A DNA stretch of 64,000 nucleotides from Bacilli bacterium (GCA_017470115.1 JAFUEZ010000003.1:173064-237063), one strand, 5' to 3'. Numbered from the stretch's first letter, positions 17,249 through 26,945 are shown. Numbers and translations: made by a program. The notes: generated by a model from the sequence alone, not told the origin.

Positions 17249-20089
17249 TTATTCTTCAGTAGGAGCTAATTTTTTATGTTTATTATAGCGCAAGATTTCA
17301 AAGACTAAGAATCCAGCAGAAGCAAGAATTCCAGCACTTGATACACAAATAAGTGTAACCATAATTGGTGGCCATGGATTGTTGACATCTTTTAAAGCGA
17401 CAAGTCTATTATTTTGAACTGAAGCAATAGCATATAAAATATGTTTTGCAGCAGTTTTCATTAACTTAACGCCATTATCTGTATTCTTTAATGAATCATC
17501 AATTTGTTTAACAGCAACTGAAAGCATTAAATCAGTTCCACCAACAACACCTTTAGAAGCGGTCATCCAACCACCACAGAAATTGTCGGTAATAATCGCA
17601 CCTTCAAGTCCCCATTCATTACGTAAAACTTGGACATTAAGTGCATAATTTGCTCCGCCCCAATTTCCATTAATCCACATATAAGAAGTCATTAAGCCGG
17701 TAGCTTTAGCTTTCTTAACAGGAATTTCAAATGCTTTGAGGTAGATTTCTCTTGCTGTTTGTTCTGTTAAATAACAGTTTTCTTTGTTAGTTCTATTTGC
17801 TTCAACATCATTAAATGCGAAATGTTTAAGGAAGACATAAACACCATTTGATTGGACACCTTTAACTTCAGCAGCACCGATTAAACCAGCAAGTAGTGGA
17901 TCTTCACTGAAATATTCAGCGTTTCTTCCACCAAATGGAGTTCTATGGGTATTTAAGCCTGGCGCATACCATCCAGCAGTACCTGATGCATTAGCTTCTT
18001 TGCCTATTGTTTTACCTAATCTTTCAATTAATTCGGTATTGAAAGTAGATGCCATAACAACTTCAGTACAATATGACATACAGTGCGTTGATTCATTCAT
18101 TGAAGTTTTAATGTAATTTGATAAGCCAAAAGGACCATCAATATCAACCATTTGAACTTTACCAATTGATTTAATTGCAGCATTTCCCCAGCCACCACTA
18201 CCAATTAAAGTAGATAAATCATTCATTGAAAGTTCGCTAATAAATTCTTCCCATTTTGGATCATCGTATTCGACACCCCACATATCTTCAAATGAATATG
18301 TTTTCGATGCATTTGTAGTAGTTGATTCAAATTCAGCACCTTGATATGCAGGAGTTTTCTTTGCATCAGTTACTAAATATTTATATTCTTCACTATTGGA
18401 AGCGATGATTCTAACGTTTGTTGATCTACCATTTAGTGTAACAGAAGTATAAGTAGGACGTAGAATTGTTGATGCATCATCAAAATTATTTGCTCTTGTA
18501 ATGGTGTTTATACCATTATCAATATCAATTAAATTTCCTAAATTTCCTTTATTAAATTGGTTTTTAGCAGCGTTTTTGTCACTAGATCTCTTGTTTTCAC
18601 CACTATAAACAACTTTATTTAATGTACTTTCAAATGTATCATAATTGAGTAAAGGATCCTTCCATCCATGTGCATTGTTTGATAAATAGAATTTATAATT
18701 TCCTTCATCAAGAACATATGCACCTTCTCCATCATTAGCTGTCTCATCATAACTTGCTAAATCTTCTAAATTGATTTCAAGTTCGATTTGTTCAGAGGCA
18801 CCTGGTGCAAGTTTAGAAGTTTTAGCAAAAGCACAAATAACAACTTTTGATTTTTCTACTCCACCCGTGACATAAGGTGTTTCTGCATAAATTTGAATAA
18901 CATCTTTTCCAGAATATTCTGTTCCTTCATTTTTGACATTAACTTTAAAAGTTACTTTATTATTTAAAACAGTAGGTGTTTCAGCGAAACTTTGAGAGAA
19001 TGTTGTATAAGATTTTCCATATCCAAATGGGAATTGAACAACATCGTTATATCCTGTATAAGGTGATTTATCCCAATATCCGACACTATCAGCAGTTTCA
19101 TACCATCTATATCCGAAATAGATTCCTTCATTATATTCAGTCCATCCACCTGCATCAGCATATGAGCCGTTTTTATCATAAACGTAATTGTAAGTTGATG
19201 AATTGTAATAAGTTGATCCGGTTTTTAAATCATAAGCCCATGTATCAACTAGTCTTCCAGAAGGAGAAACATCTCCGTTTAATATTGTTCCAATTCCTGG
19301 ACAACCAGCAGCACCTGGTCCTCCAATCCATAAGCAAGCATCAACTCCATATGTAGGATCTTCAAAAATTCCTACTTCCATAGGATATGATGTATTTAAT
19401 AAAACAGTAGTGGTGAATCCCTCCTCTTCTAATTTTTGAAGAAGTGCTTTTTCATTTGTTGATAAAGCTAAATATGATTCAGTACCAGAGGTTCCAAATC
19501 CAGTTCTAGAAATATCGCCGCCTTCTCCAGCAAGTCTTCCGATGACGACTACAGCTTGATCACTATATGTTTTTAGTTGATCAAAAGCAGTATTTCCAGT
19601 GTATTTATCTAAAGCAAGTTCAGGAACTGCAACTGATTCTCCGCCTTCGTGGACATCAGTATCAGAAGTAGTGGTATTTTTTGAGATTAAATCATAAAGA
19701 TTTGAATTAATCTCGAAACCAACACTTTCTAAACCTTGCTTTAGTGTGTATTCAATGTTACCTGAAGAAGCAGCACTTCCTGAAGCGTTATAACTTAAAT
19801 CAACTGATTTGACACCAAATAAATTGATTTTTGAATTCTTTTGAAGTGGAAGTGTGTTTGCGTTGTTGAAAAGAAGAACCGAACCTTCTTCAACGAGCTC
19901 TTTTGAAATATTGACTGCATCTTCGTGAGCCTCTTTTTGTAGTTCTTCATCAATTTGAGTTTCTGAAAGTGCAGCTCTCATCGTGTTGCCATAAGCGTTA
20001 TCAACAAAGAAAGTTGCCCCAAGTAAAATTCCAAAAATTGCAATTAATGGAGCATAGAGGAAATATTTTGGTTTTCTTAATTTTTTCAT
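17249..20089 (-). CDS. Glycoside hydrolase family 3 (beta-glucosidase/beta-xylosidase-like), membrane-anchored (paralog 1 of 3)
   Basis: GH3 motifs LKHFAFNDVEANR and EGAIITDNFCGGW (nucleophile Asp), Fn3-junction FPFGYGKSYTTF; N-terminal signal anchor and C-terminal TM helix + basic tail; start at ATG 20089 (MKKLRKPKYF) preceded by AAGGA. Confidence 0.75.
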   Translation of the reverse strand: MKKLRKPKYFLYAPLIAIFGILLGATFFVDNAYGNTMRAALSETQIDEELQKEAHEDAVNISKELVEEGSVLLFNNANTLPLQKNSKINLFGVKSVDLSYNASGSAASSGNIEYTLKQGLESVGFEINSNLYDLISKNTTTSDTDVHEGGESVAVPELALDKYTGNTAFDQLKTYSDQAVVVIGRLAGEGGDISRTGFGTSGTESYLALSTNEKALLQKLEEEGFTTTVLLNTSYPMEVGIFEDPTYGVDACLWIGGPGAAGCPGIGTILNGDVSPSGRLVDTWAYDLKTGSTYYNSSTYNYVYDKNGSYADAGGWTEYNEGIYFGYRWYETADSVGYWDKSPYTGYNDVVQFPFGYGKSYTTFSQSFAETPTVLNNKVTFKVNVKNEGTEYSGKDVIQIYAETPYVTGGVEKSKVVICAFAKTSKLAPGASEQIELEINLEDLASYDETANDGEGAYVLDEGNYKFYLSNNAHGWKDPLLNYDTFESTLNKVVYSGENKRSSDKNAAKNQFNKGNLGNLIDIDNGINTITRANNFDDASTILRPTYTSVTLNGRSTNVRIIASNSEEYKYLVTDAKKTPAYQGAEFESTTTNASKTYSFEDMWGVEYDDPKWEEFISELSMNDLSTLIGSGGWGNAAIKSIGKVQMVDIDGPFGLSNYIKTSMNESTHCMSYCTEVVMASTFNTELIERLGKTIGKEANASGTAGWYAPGLNTHRTPFGGRNAEYFSEDPLLAGLIGAAEVKGVQSNGVYVFLKHFAFNDVEANRTNKENCYLTEQTAREIYLKAFEIPVKKAKATGLMTSYMWINGNWGGANYALNVQVLRNEWGLEGAIITDNFCGGWMTASKGVVGGTDLMLSVAVKQIDDSLKNTDNGVKLMKTAAKHILYAIASVQNNRLVALKDVNNPWPPIMVTLICVSSAGILASAGFLVFEILRYNKHKKLAPTEE

Positions 20090-20114
20090 AGTAATTTTCC
20101 TTATTAATAGAAAA

Positions 20115-20139
20115 TAGGCGCTCACTAAAAGTAAGCGCC
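20115..20139 (-). terminator. Hairpin between lipoprotein gene and GH3 gene (possible attenuator/terminator)
   Basis: aggcgctcac-taaaagt-aagcgcct inverted repeat. Confidence 0.35.
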
Positions 20140-20158
20140 TTTATTATGTTTTTAGTGA

Positions 20159-20686
20159 TTATTCAGGAATAGCGTCGTATACGTATGTAAATGATTTTTC
20201 AGCAAATGTAATTGTTCCTGGATTGAAGTTATCAGCGATTGTTGGATCTTCTTCCATAGTAACAGTTCCTTGTTTGCCCCAGACTGATTCATATTCAGCA
20301 AATGAAGAACCGTAAGCAGTAGTTTTTGAACCGCTTGTTGGAGCAGCTAATTTGTAGACGTTTTCTGAAACAAGTGTAGCAGCACCTTCATATTTTCTTT
20401 CGCAGTGGAAATACATTGCATTTGATTTGTCTTCAACACCTTGATCGATTGCTAAAGCAACATATTTTTCACCTGTAATTTTGACTTCAACGGATGCTGA
20501 AACCATTTGCATCATTGCCCAAGCATATGCTGAGCCTGTAGCATTAGTTTTAATTGGTAAAGCTGTATCAGCTGCTTCATCACCATCTGTGAATGTAAGT
20601 TTAGCACTAATACTCTTTTCTCCACAGCTAGCAAGTGTAGCTAATAAAGCGATTGAAACTAATGATGATTTGATTAAATTTTTCAT
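20159..20686 (-). CDS. Small lipoprotein, unknown function
   Basis: MKNLIKSSLVSIALLATLASCG lipobox. Confidence 0.55.
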   Translation of the reverse strand: MKNLIKSSLVSIALLATLASCGEKSISAKLTFTDGDEAADTALPIKTNATGSAYAWAMMQMVSASVEVKITGEKYVALAIDQGVEDKSNAMYFHCERKYEGAATLVSENVYKLAAPTSGSKTTAYGSSFAEYESVWGKQGTVTMEEDPTIADNFNPGTITFAEKSFTYVYDAIPE

Positions 20687-20866
20687 TTTTATTTTCTCCT
20701 TATTTTTGCCTTTTGGCTTGTGATTCTAATTTAGTTAAATCAAATTTAAAAAGCAAAAAAATGGCACGAACGACAAAGAATGAGAACTGATTAGCAGCAA
20801 AAACTCATATATATAAAAAAGGAAGTAATTATATTTTATCAACTTCCTTAAAATTCTTCTAACTTA

Positions 20867-22009
20867 TTAAAGCATCAGATTTCTGATATTTTCAATTTGA
20901 GTAGAAGTGACACCTATATCAAGTAGTGCCGCTTCACATTTATCTTTAAATGTTTCACCATTATAGGCTTTAATTTCATTTATGAATTTTGTATCACGAA
21001 TCATTGTAGCCGTACGTCTTCCTCCAATTAAACCAAAATTTGAGAAAGCATAATCAAAAATACAACTATCAAACGGTACACCAAGTACTCCATTATATAA
21101 CATTGAAATCATTCCAGTTCTATCTGTTCCAATGTTGCAATGAAAGCAAAGTGGATAATTTGATTGATCGCTTAGACAATCAAATATTTCTTTTAAAACT
21201 CCTTTATTATCTTCGATACTGATTACTTGGAATGGAAACCATTTATATTCTAATTCTTCAACAACAGAAGAAGTACCATCTAATCCACCTGTTTCGTCGT
21301 ATTTGTTATTTCTTAAATCGACTTCCGTTTTCATTTTTAAAGTTTCAATCAATGCTTTTTCGCCTTCTTCAGTAATTTCTTTATTAATTTCTTTAGTTCC
21401 TGAAGTATTGAATCTGCCACATCTATAGATCAAACCTTGTTTTGTTCTTTTTCCATCAACTGTGACCCAGCCTCCTAAATCTCTAAAATTTGTGACGCCA
21501 TCAACTCTCACATTTCTAGGAGCCATAAAAGAAGTTTGAAATGCTTTTATTTCAGCGGTAGCTAAATTCTCTAACGAAGTAGCAGTTCTATAATAATATT
21601 TTGAAGCAATGAATAAATTTTCTAGTTTGATTGAAGAAGCGGATGTTTCAAAAATTTCTGAATCTTCAAAATTTTCATTTAAAGAAAGTTCAAAATAATT
21701 CTTTTCTTCACCATTAAGTTTAATTTCGTATTTTTGAGGGAAGCTTTTTTCTTCTTTTCCATCTGCTCTATTATCAAGATTTAGCGTTTCATCATTCAAG
21801 AAATCTTTTTGAACATCTGTGTGTATTTCATAAAGTGGGATGCTTTCATCTCTTGATTCGCCTGTTGCAAATTCAGGTTGAACAGCATAAGTAATTGGTG
21901 TTCTATCTTCTTGATTGTCTTCATTTGGACTTCCTTTATCACTCGAAGCACCACAAGAAGTAAGAGCAAGAGCGCCTAAAATTAAAGCAAGTGAAAATAA
22001 TTTTTTCAT
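20867..22009 (-). CDS. Lipoprotein with C-terminal protein-tyrosine-phosphatase-like domain (Y_phosphatase3 family, CX5R)
   Basis: Lipobox ALTSCG; NFRDLGG motif and active-site signature HCNIGTDRTG (C-x5-R); paralog of 43343..44563. Confidence 0.6.
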   Translation of the reverse strand: MKKLFSLALILGALALTSCGASSDKGSPNEDNQEDRTPITYAVQPEFATGESRDESIPLYEIHTDVQKDFLNDETLNLDNRADGKEEKSFPQKYEIKLNGEEKNYFELSLNENFEDSEIFETSASSIKLENLFIASKYYYRTATSLENLATAEIKAFQTSFMAPRNVRVDGVTNFRDLGGWVTVDGKRTKQGLIYRCGRFNTSGTKEINKEITEEGEKALIETLKMKTEVDLRNNKYDETGGLDGTSSVVEELEYKWFPFQVISIEDNKGVLKEIFDCLSDQSNYPLCFHCNIGTDRTGMISMLYNGVLGVPFDSCIFDYAFSNFGLIGGRRTATMIRDTKFINEIKAYNGETFKDKCEAALLDIGVTSTQIENIRNLML

Positions 22010-22229
22010 TTTTTTACCTCCATTACTATTAAACTTATAAAAGTTTATTAGTGCAAAATAAGTGGCACGAATGGTAATAATAGCGGCACCAATAACAATT
22101 TTAAATGATATAAATTAATATTTTTGTGTTTGTATATGCGTCATATTAAATGTCAATTTTTGAACTTTGCAAAAAATATTTTGGATTTGCAGGGTTTTTG
22201 AAAGAAAGCACTTGATTTTTAAGTTATTT

Positions 22230-22402
22230 GTCTTTATTCTTTTTATAAGGAAGAAGTAGTAAAAATCTTAATAGATATGCTAATCCAATTGATAAAATTA
22301 GCATTGCTAGTAGCATCAATATGACATTAAATACACCATATGTTTTATAGTCAAAAATTGGATAAGGGAAGCGGATATAGCCTGATTCTTGAAATGGTGC
22401 AA
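22230..22402. repeat. R1 repeat copy 3 (~97% identical to the native 3' end at 24311..24508)
   Basis: ctttattctttttataaggaagaagtagtaaaaatcttaatagatatgctaatccaattgataaaattagcattgctagtagcatcaatatgacattaaatacaccatatg...aaatggtgcaac. Confidence 0.85.
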
Positions 22403-22588
22403 CCCGTACCGTGTATACTTATTGTTTATAGTCTATTTTAGGGACTCCTTTTATAGGTTTTACTTATAAAAATGAGAGAACTATTGAGCTGATTTGCTTA
22501 AAAAATACCTGATTTTCAGCCAAATATAAAATATACCAACTTACAAGTAAAACTTTACATATGTGTTTAGTTGTGCTTAAATTATGGT

Positions 22589-23323
22589 ATGAAAACTCTA
22601 CCAATAATCTTTAAATATGAAGATATAAAGGAATTTTATCCAAATGTAGCAACCTTTTATGCTTTTGTTGATCGCGCTTCAAAGCGTGGAGAGCTTAAAC
22701 AAATAAAAAGAGGAATATATGCACTAGTAAATCCATCTACAGGAAATATCTTTGCAACTAAATTTCAAATAGCAAGCCATCTATTTGATGACGCTTATTT
22801 TTCATATCATGAGGCTCTAGAATACTATGGTTTAGCTACTCAATCTTTTGTTTCTTATTTCACTTATCTAACGCATGTATATGTTGATGATGTGGTTTTT
22901 GAAGACGTAATATATCATTCAAAAAAGAGTGGATATGATTTAGAAATACTTAACCGTATAAAAGAAGAGGATATTCGTGTTGTTTCTTTAGAACGCGCAA
23001 TAGTGGATTCTATAGATTCTCCTTCTCTAGCGGGTGGTCTTGAAGAAATAGAATACGCTCTTAGTAATTGTCGTAGACTTAATATAGATAAGATTGAGAT
23101 GCTATTAAAGCATTATGATAAAACATTCTTATATCAGAAAATCGGATACTTATTTGAAAAACACTTTGGCGAAGAAATACCGGAATCGTTTTATAAATTA
23201 TGTTTATCTAAGATAGGTAATAAGATCAATTATTTTGAATCTAAGGTTGGCCACTCTAAGTTAATACTTAAGTGGAAATTAATGGTGCCATCAGAAAGGA
23301 GCATGCCTGATGAATTATTCTAG
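22589..23323 (+). CDS. AbiEi/AbiGi-like protein (intact copy)
   Basis: Paralog of 7415..8149; overlaps the downstream AbiEii gene by 14 nt (operon). Confidence 0.5.
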   Translation: MKTLPIIFKYEDIKEFYPNVATFYAFVDRASKRGELKQIKRGIYALVNPSTGNIFATKFQIASHLFDDAYFSYHEALEYYGLATQSFVSYFTYLTHVYVDDVVFEDVIYHSKKSGYDLEILNRIKEEDIRVVSLERAIVDSIDSPSLAGGLEEIEYALSNCRRLNIDKIEMLLKHYDKTFLYQKIGYLFEKHFGEEIPESFYKLCLSKIGNKINYFESKVGHSKLILKWKLMVPSERSMPDELF

Positions 23324-24248
23324 AAAATATATTGAAGTGTTAAACAAAGATAACAATTTCATTCTAAATAATCTTGAAAAAGTAGTTAGGCTTTTAGATG
23401 TTCTTAAATTTATATCCACTGAATTAGATCCATATGGGGATAAACTTATTCTTAAAGGTGGTACCGCCATTAATTTGATGTATACCAATTTAGCAAGATT
23501 AAGCGTAGATATCGATTTAGATTACATTGGTTCACTTGATAAAGAAAAAGCTAGCCAAGATAGAGACAAAATCATGGACGCTTTGGATAATTATATGCTT
23601 GGTGAAGATTACGAGATTTCTTCTAGATCTAGAGGAAGTTTTATTTTAGCCAGTAGAACATATACATTTACCAATGCTTCTCATAATAGAGACAATATTA
23701 AAGTTGAGATCAATTTTATTGATAGAATTCACATTGATCCAAGCGTTAGAAAGAAAATTAATTACTTTGAAGAAGAAGTAATGGTACAAACTCTTGTTTT
23801 GGAAGAGCTATTTGGAATGAAGATTTGTGCTTTAATCGATAGAAGCAAACCAAGGGATCTATTTGATGTTAGCAAATTAAAAAAGAACATGATGTTCATC
23901 GAAGAAGACAAATTACGAAAGATGATGGTGTTTTATATGTCTTTAGATGGCATCTTTGATATTAACGAGCATACATTTGACTCAATTAGAGCAATCAGCC
24001 AAGAAGACATAAAAAAAGAATTACTCCCAGTATTAGCTAAAAACTCGAAATTTGATTTAATTGAAACTAAGGAAGAAGTTATTTCTTTCTTAATCGAATT
24101 GCTAGCGCTCACTGATGGCGAAAAGAAATATCTAATAGAATTCTCAAAAGGTAATTTTGACCCATATCTTTTATTTGAACCAAATGATGCAGAAAGAGCC
24201 GCTAAACATCCAATGGCTAAGTGGAGAGTGGCTAATCTTAAAAAGTAG
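23310..24248 (+). CDS. AbiEii/AbiGii-family nucleotidyltransferase toxin (DUF1814-like), intact 312 aa
   Basis: LKGGTAINLMYTNLARLSVDIDLDY nucleotidyltransferase signature; C-terminal region colinear with the frameshifted copy at 8136..9078. Confidence 0.7.
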   Translation: MNYSRKYIEVLNKDNNFILNNLEKVVRLLDVLKFISTELDPYGDKLILKGGTAINLMYTNLARLSVDIDLDYIGSLDKEKASQDRDKIMDALDNYMLGEDYEISSRSRGSFILASRTYTFTNASHNRDNIKVEINFIDRIHIDPSVRKKINYFEEEVMVQTLVLEELFGMKICALIDRSKPRDLFDVSKLKKNMMFIEEDKLRKMMVFYMSLDGIFDINEHTFDSIRAISQEDIKKELLPVLAKNSKFDLIETKEEVISFLIELLALTDGEKKYLIEFSKGNFDPYLLFEPNDAERAAKHPMAKWRVANLKK

Positions 24249-24322
24249 TAGGGGGCTTCTATGGCGTATCTTAATAATCACTATGCCCTCAATTCATCCA
24301 CCCTATATCAGGGAATTCATTT

Positions 24323-25009
24323 TCATTTTTCTTTATTCTTTTTATATGGAAGAAGTAGTAAAAATCTTAATAAATATGCTAATCCAATTGATAAAATTAG
24401 CATTGCTAGTAGCATCAATATGACATTAAATACGCCATATGTTTTATAGTCAAAAATTGGATAAGGGAAGCGGATATATCCTGATTCTTTAAATGGTGCA
24501 ACATCTCCTAAAATAAGTGATCTAATAATAATGAATATACTATAAATAAATGGATATATGGTTGTTTCTAAAGGAGCATATTTTGTTATTTTTTCTTTAT
24601 TAGAAAATAAAAAGAAATCTAATGAAAATAAAAGTGGAGAAGCAAGATGCAATATCCAAACTTGAATACGCGCCCAAAAGGCAGGAGTAAAGATATTTTG
24701 ATTAGGAGTAAAAACATTAAAGAAGATTGCAGTTATTGCTAAATATATAAAAGTCATGAAACTTAAATTAACAAATCTCTCTTCTTTTTTATTAGTTATT
24801 TTATTTTTAATATCTGTTATTGATGAATAGATTAAAAGTAGAGCTACAATAACAGCAAATATATTTGTTTGATTTGTAAAGAAAACATAAAACTCATTAT
24901 GAATATCTGGAAACCAACCAATCCAACTAGCTAAAATACCAGCAGTTGTAATAGATACATAAACTATCCTATAAATTAAATGAAAGATTCTGTTTTGTAA
25001 AATATTCAT
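24323..25009 (-). CDS. Multi-pass membrane protein (possibly Pr6Pr/FAR-17a-like); its 3' end is the source of the R1 repeats
   Basis: 228 aa, ~6 hydrophobic helices; 3'-terminal ~190 bp (24311..24508) duplicated at 3185, 7034 and 22230. Confidence 0.6.
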   Translation of the reverse strand: MNILQNRIFHLIYRIVYVSITTAGILASWIGWFPDIHNEFYVFFTNQTNIFAVIVALLLIYSSITDIKNKITNKKEERFVNLSFMTFIYLAITAIFFNVFTPNQNIFTPAFWARIQVWILHLASPLLFSLDFFLFSNKEKITKYAPLETTIYPFIYSIFIIIRSLILGDVAPFKESGYIRFPYPIFDYKTYGVFNVILMLLAMLILSIGLAYLLRFLLLLPYKKNKEK

Positions 25010-25219
25010 ATAATAATTATGACTATGTAGTTAAATTTAGAAAAGAAAAAGTGACTCAATTTACATTTCAATAAATAAATACTAATAATTGAACTATTAT
25101 CCTTATATATATTAAAAAAAGTAGAAACCACAATTTTAATGATATAAAATTAATATGTTGAAAAAATATAGATATCATTTTTTTCGCTTATAGCGAAAAA
25201 GACTATCAAAGGAGTTTTT

Positions 25220-26869
25220 ATGGCTGAAGAAGTTATTAAAGAAGCACAAGACACTCAAGGTAGCGATTATATCTCACGTACTAGTGGTCTAAAACGTAAA
25301 GACTATATTGGTTACGCAATGGGTGATTTTGCCGGATGTCTTTGCTTTGCAACGGTCACAACGTTGCTTCAAAAGTATTACACTGACGTATTAGGTCTTG
25401 CTCCTCTTTTCATTATGATTATGTTTATTGTTGCTCGTGTGTGGGATGCAATAAATGATCCAATCATGGGAAGAATTGTTGACTTGAGACGTAGTGATAA
25501 ACGCGGTAGATATCGTGTTTGGATGAAGTTTGTTGCTATTCCTCTTGCTATTGCAACAATCTTAATGTTCCTTCCTTGGACAGGTTTAGCAAATATTTTA
25601 GGACCAGTTGGAATCGCAGTTTATGCAACTATTACCTACATAATTTTTGGTATGGTTTATACAGTTCATCAAATTCCATATGGTTCACTTGCTAGTGTTG
25701 TTACAACTGATGGTAAAGAAAGAAATAAATTATCAGTTTTCCGTTCAATTGGTGCTGCTTTAGGTAGTATTCCAGTTTTACTTGTTACATTCTTATGGGC
25801 AAAACCAGCAGTTTATAGTGGAGCTGGAGCTGTAACATTTACAGCTGAACAATTAAAAGCTGATGATATTATTGCTCAACTTCAACAATGTTATGCTGAT
25901 GGAAACGTTCCAGTAAATGAACTTGGACAACAACTTGGTGAAAACGCAAAAGTATTAACTCAAGTTCAATATTTACCTATCATAATTGGCGTAGCTATTA
26001 GTGCTGTTGTTGCTTGTTTATTACTTTTTGTTGCATATAAATGGAACAAAGAAAGAGTCGTTAAAAAAGACGAAGTTAAAGATCAAGCTACTCCAAAAGA
26101 AAAAGGTAAAGCTTTCAAAATTGTTAAAGCTCTCTTAAAAAATAGATCATTCTTAGGTTGTTCACTTGCTGGTTTATTACTTTTAGCAGGTCAAATGTTT
26201 ACACAAACATATTACACATATTTATTTAATGATTTATTCTCAGCAAACCGGATGAACATGGTTTCAATGGTTTGTACATATGCACCTATGGCAGTACTCA
26301 TGTTATTTGCTGGCAAACTCGTTAGAAAATTTGGTAAAAAAGAAATTTGTGGAGTTGGAGCCGCAATTGCAGCTTTAGCTAATCTCTTATTATTCTTCTT
26401 ACAACCAATCGTTGTTAAAATGCCTATTTTATTCTTAGTATTCTGTCTTATTTCGGGAATTGGTTTATCAATTATTACTCTTGAAATTTGGGCAATTGCT
26501 ACAGATGCTATTGATGACGTTGAAGTTAAAACTGGAATGAGAAATGATGGAACATCTTATTCAGTCTTTATGTTCTTCCGTAAAATGGGTCAAGTTGTTG
26601 CCGCAGTTGCAGTTAACGTAGCCTTACTTGCTATGAACTATAAATCTGGAGCAGGTCAAGTTCAAACCGCTGAAACACTTGATACAATGTATAAACTTGC
26701 TACAATCATTCCTGCAGTTTTATTTGGTGTGATGGCTATCGTATTCTTCCTTGTTTATGGTTTAAGCCACAAGAAAACTGCTGAACTTCAAGAAGCAAAA
26801 GAAAAGATGCTTGCTGAACAAGTTGCAAATAATGAAATCGCAATTGGTGCAGAAGCAACTCAAGATTAA
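25220..26869 (+). CDS. GPH-family (MelB/YihO-like) glycoside:cation symporter, MFS
   Basis: RBS AAAGGAG; GPH signature RVWDAINDPIMGRIVDLRRSDKRGRYRVWM; 12 TM. Confidence 0.7.
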   Translation: MAEEVIKEAQDTQGSDYISRTSGLKRKDYIGYAMGDFAGCLCFATVTTLLQKYYTDVLGLAPLFIMIMFIVARVWDAINDPIMGRIVDLRRSDKRGRYRVWMKFVAIPLAIATILMFLPWTGLANILGPVGIAVYATITYIIFGMVYTVHQIPYGSLASVVTTDGKERNKLSVFRSIGAALGSIPVLLVTFLWAKPAVYSGAGAVTFTAEQLKADDIIAQLQQCYADGNVPVNELGQQLGENAKVLTQVQYLPIIIGVAISAVVACLLLFVAYKWNKERVVKKDEVKDQATPKEKGKAFKIVKALLKNRSFLGCSLAGLLLLAGQMFTQTYYTYLFNDLFSANRMNMVSMVCTYAPMAVLMLFAGKLVRKFGKKEICGVGAAIAALANLLLFFLQPIVVKMPILFLVFCLISGIGLSIITLEIWAIATDAIDDVEVKTGMRNDGTSYSVFMFFRKMGQVVAAVAVNVALLAMNYKSGAGQVQTAETLDTMYKLATIIPAVLFGVMAIVFFLVYGLSHKKTAELQEAKEKMLAEQVANNEIAIGAEATQD

Positions 26870-26905
26870 TATTTAGTTAAGCACATTAGAAGCTTTGCAA
26901 TAAAA

Positions 26906-26945
26906 GAAACTACTTAGGATTAAAAAATCTAGGTAGTTTTTTATT
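26906..26945 (+). terminator. Rho-independent terminator
   Basis: aaactacttagg-attaaaaaat-ctaggtagttt + TTTTATT. Confidence 0.65.

Noticed and set aside
18964-19356. ORFs 18976..19356 (plus) and 18964..19179 (minus), embedded or antisense
   Set aside because: Both lie entirely inside the well-supported GH3 gene 17249..20089. The plus-strand ORF is antisense to it and the minus-strand ORF is in a different frame. The plus-strand ORF's composition (His/Gln/Ile-rich) is typical of antisense reading of an AT-rich gene.
20755-22080. TGGCACG-containing sequences that resemble sigma-54 -24 elements
   Set aside because: There is no -12 TTGC(A/T) element at the correct spacing, and the motifs read on the strand opposite to the adjacent genes. 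No enhancer-binding protein gene was seen. I treated them as a possible operator motif and did not annotate them as sigma-54 promoters.
24157-24449. Plus-strand ORFs 24157..24423 and 24261..24449
   Set aside because: They overlap the R1 repeat and the 3' end of the real minus-strand membrane-protein gene, have no RBS and are low-complexity. Spurious.
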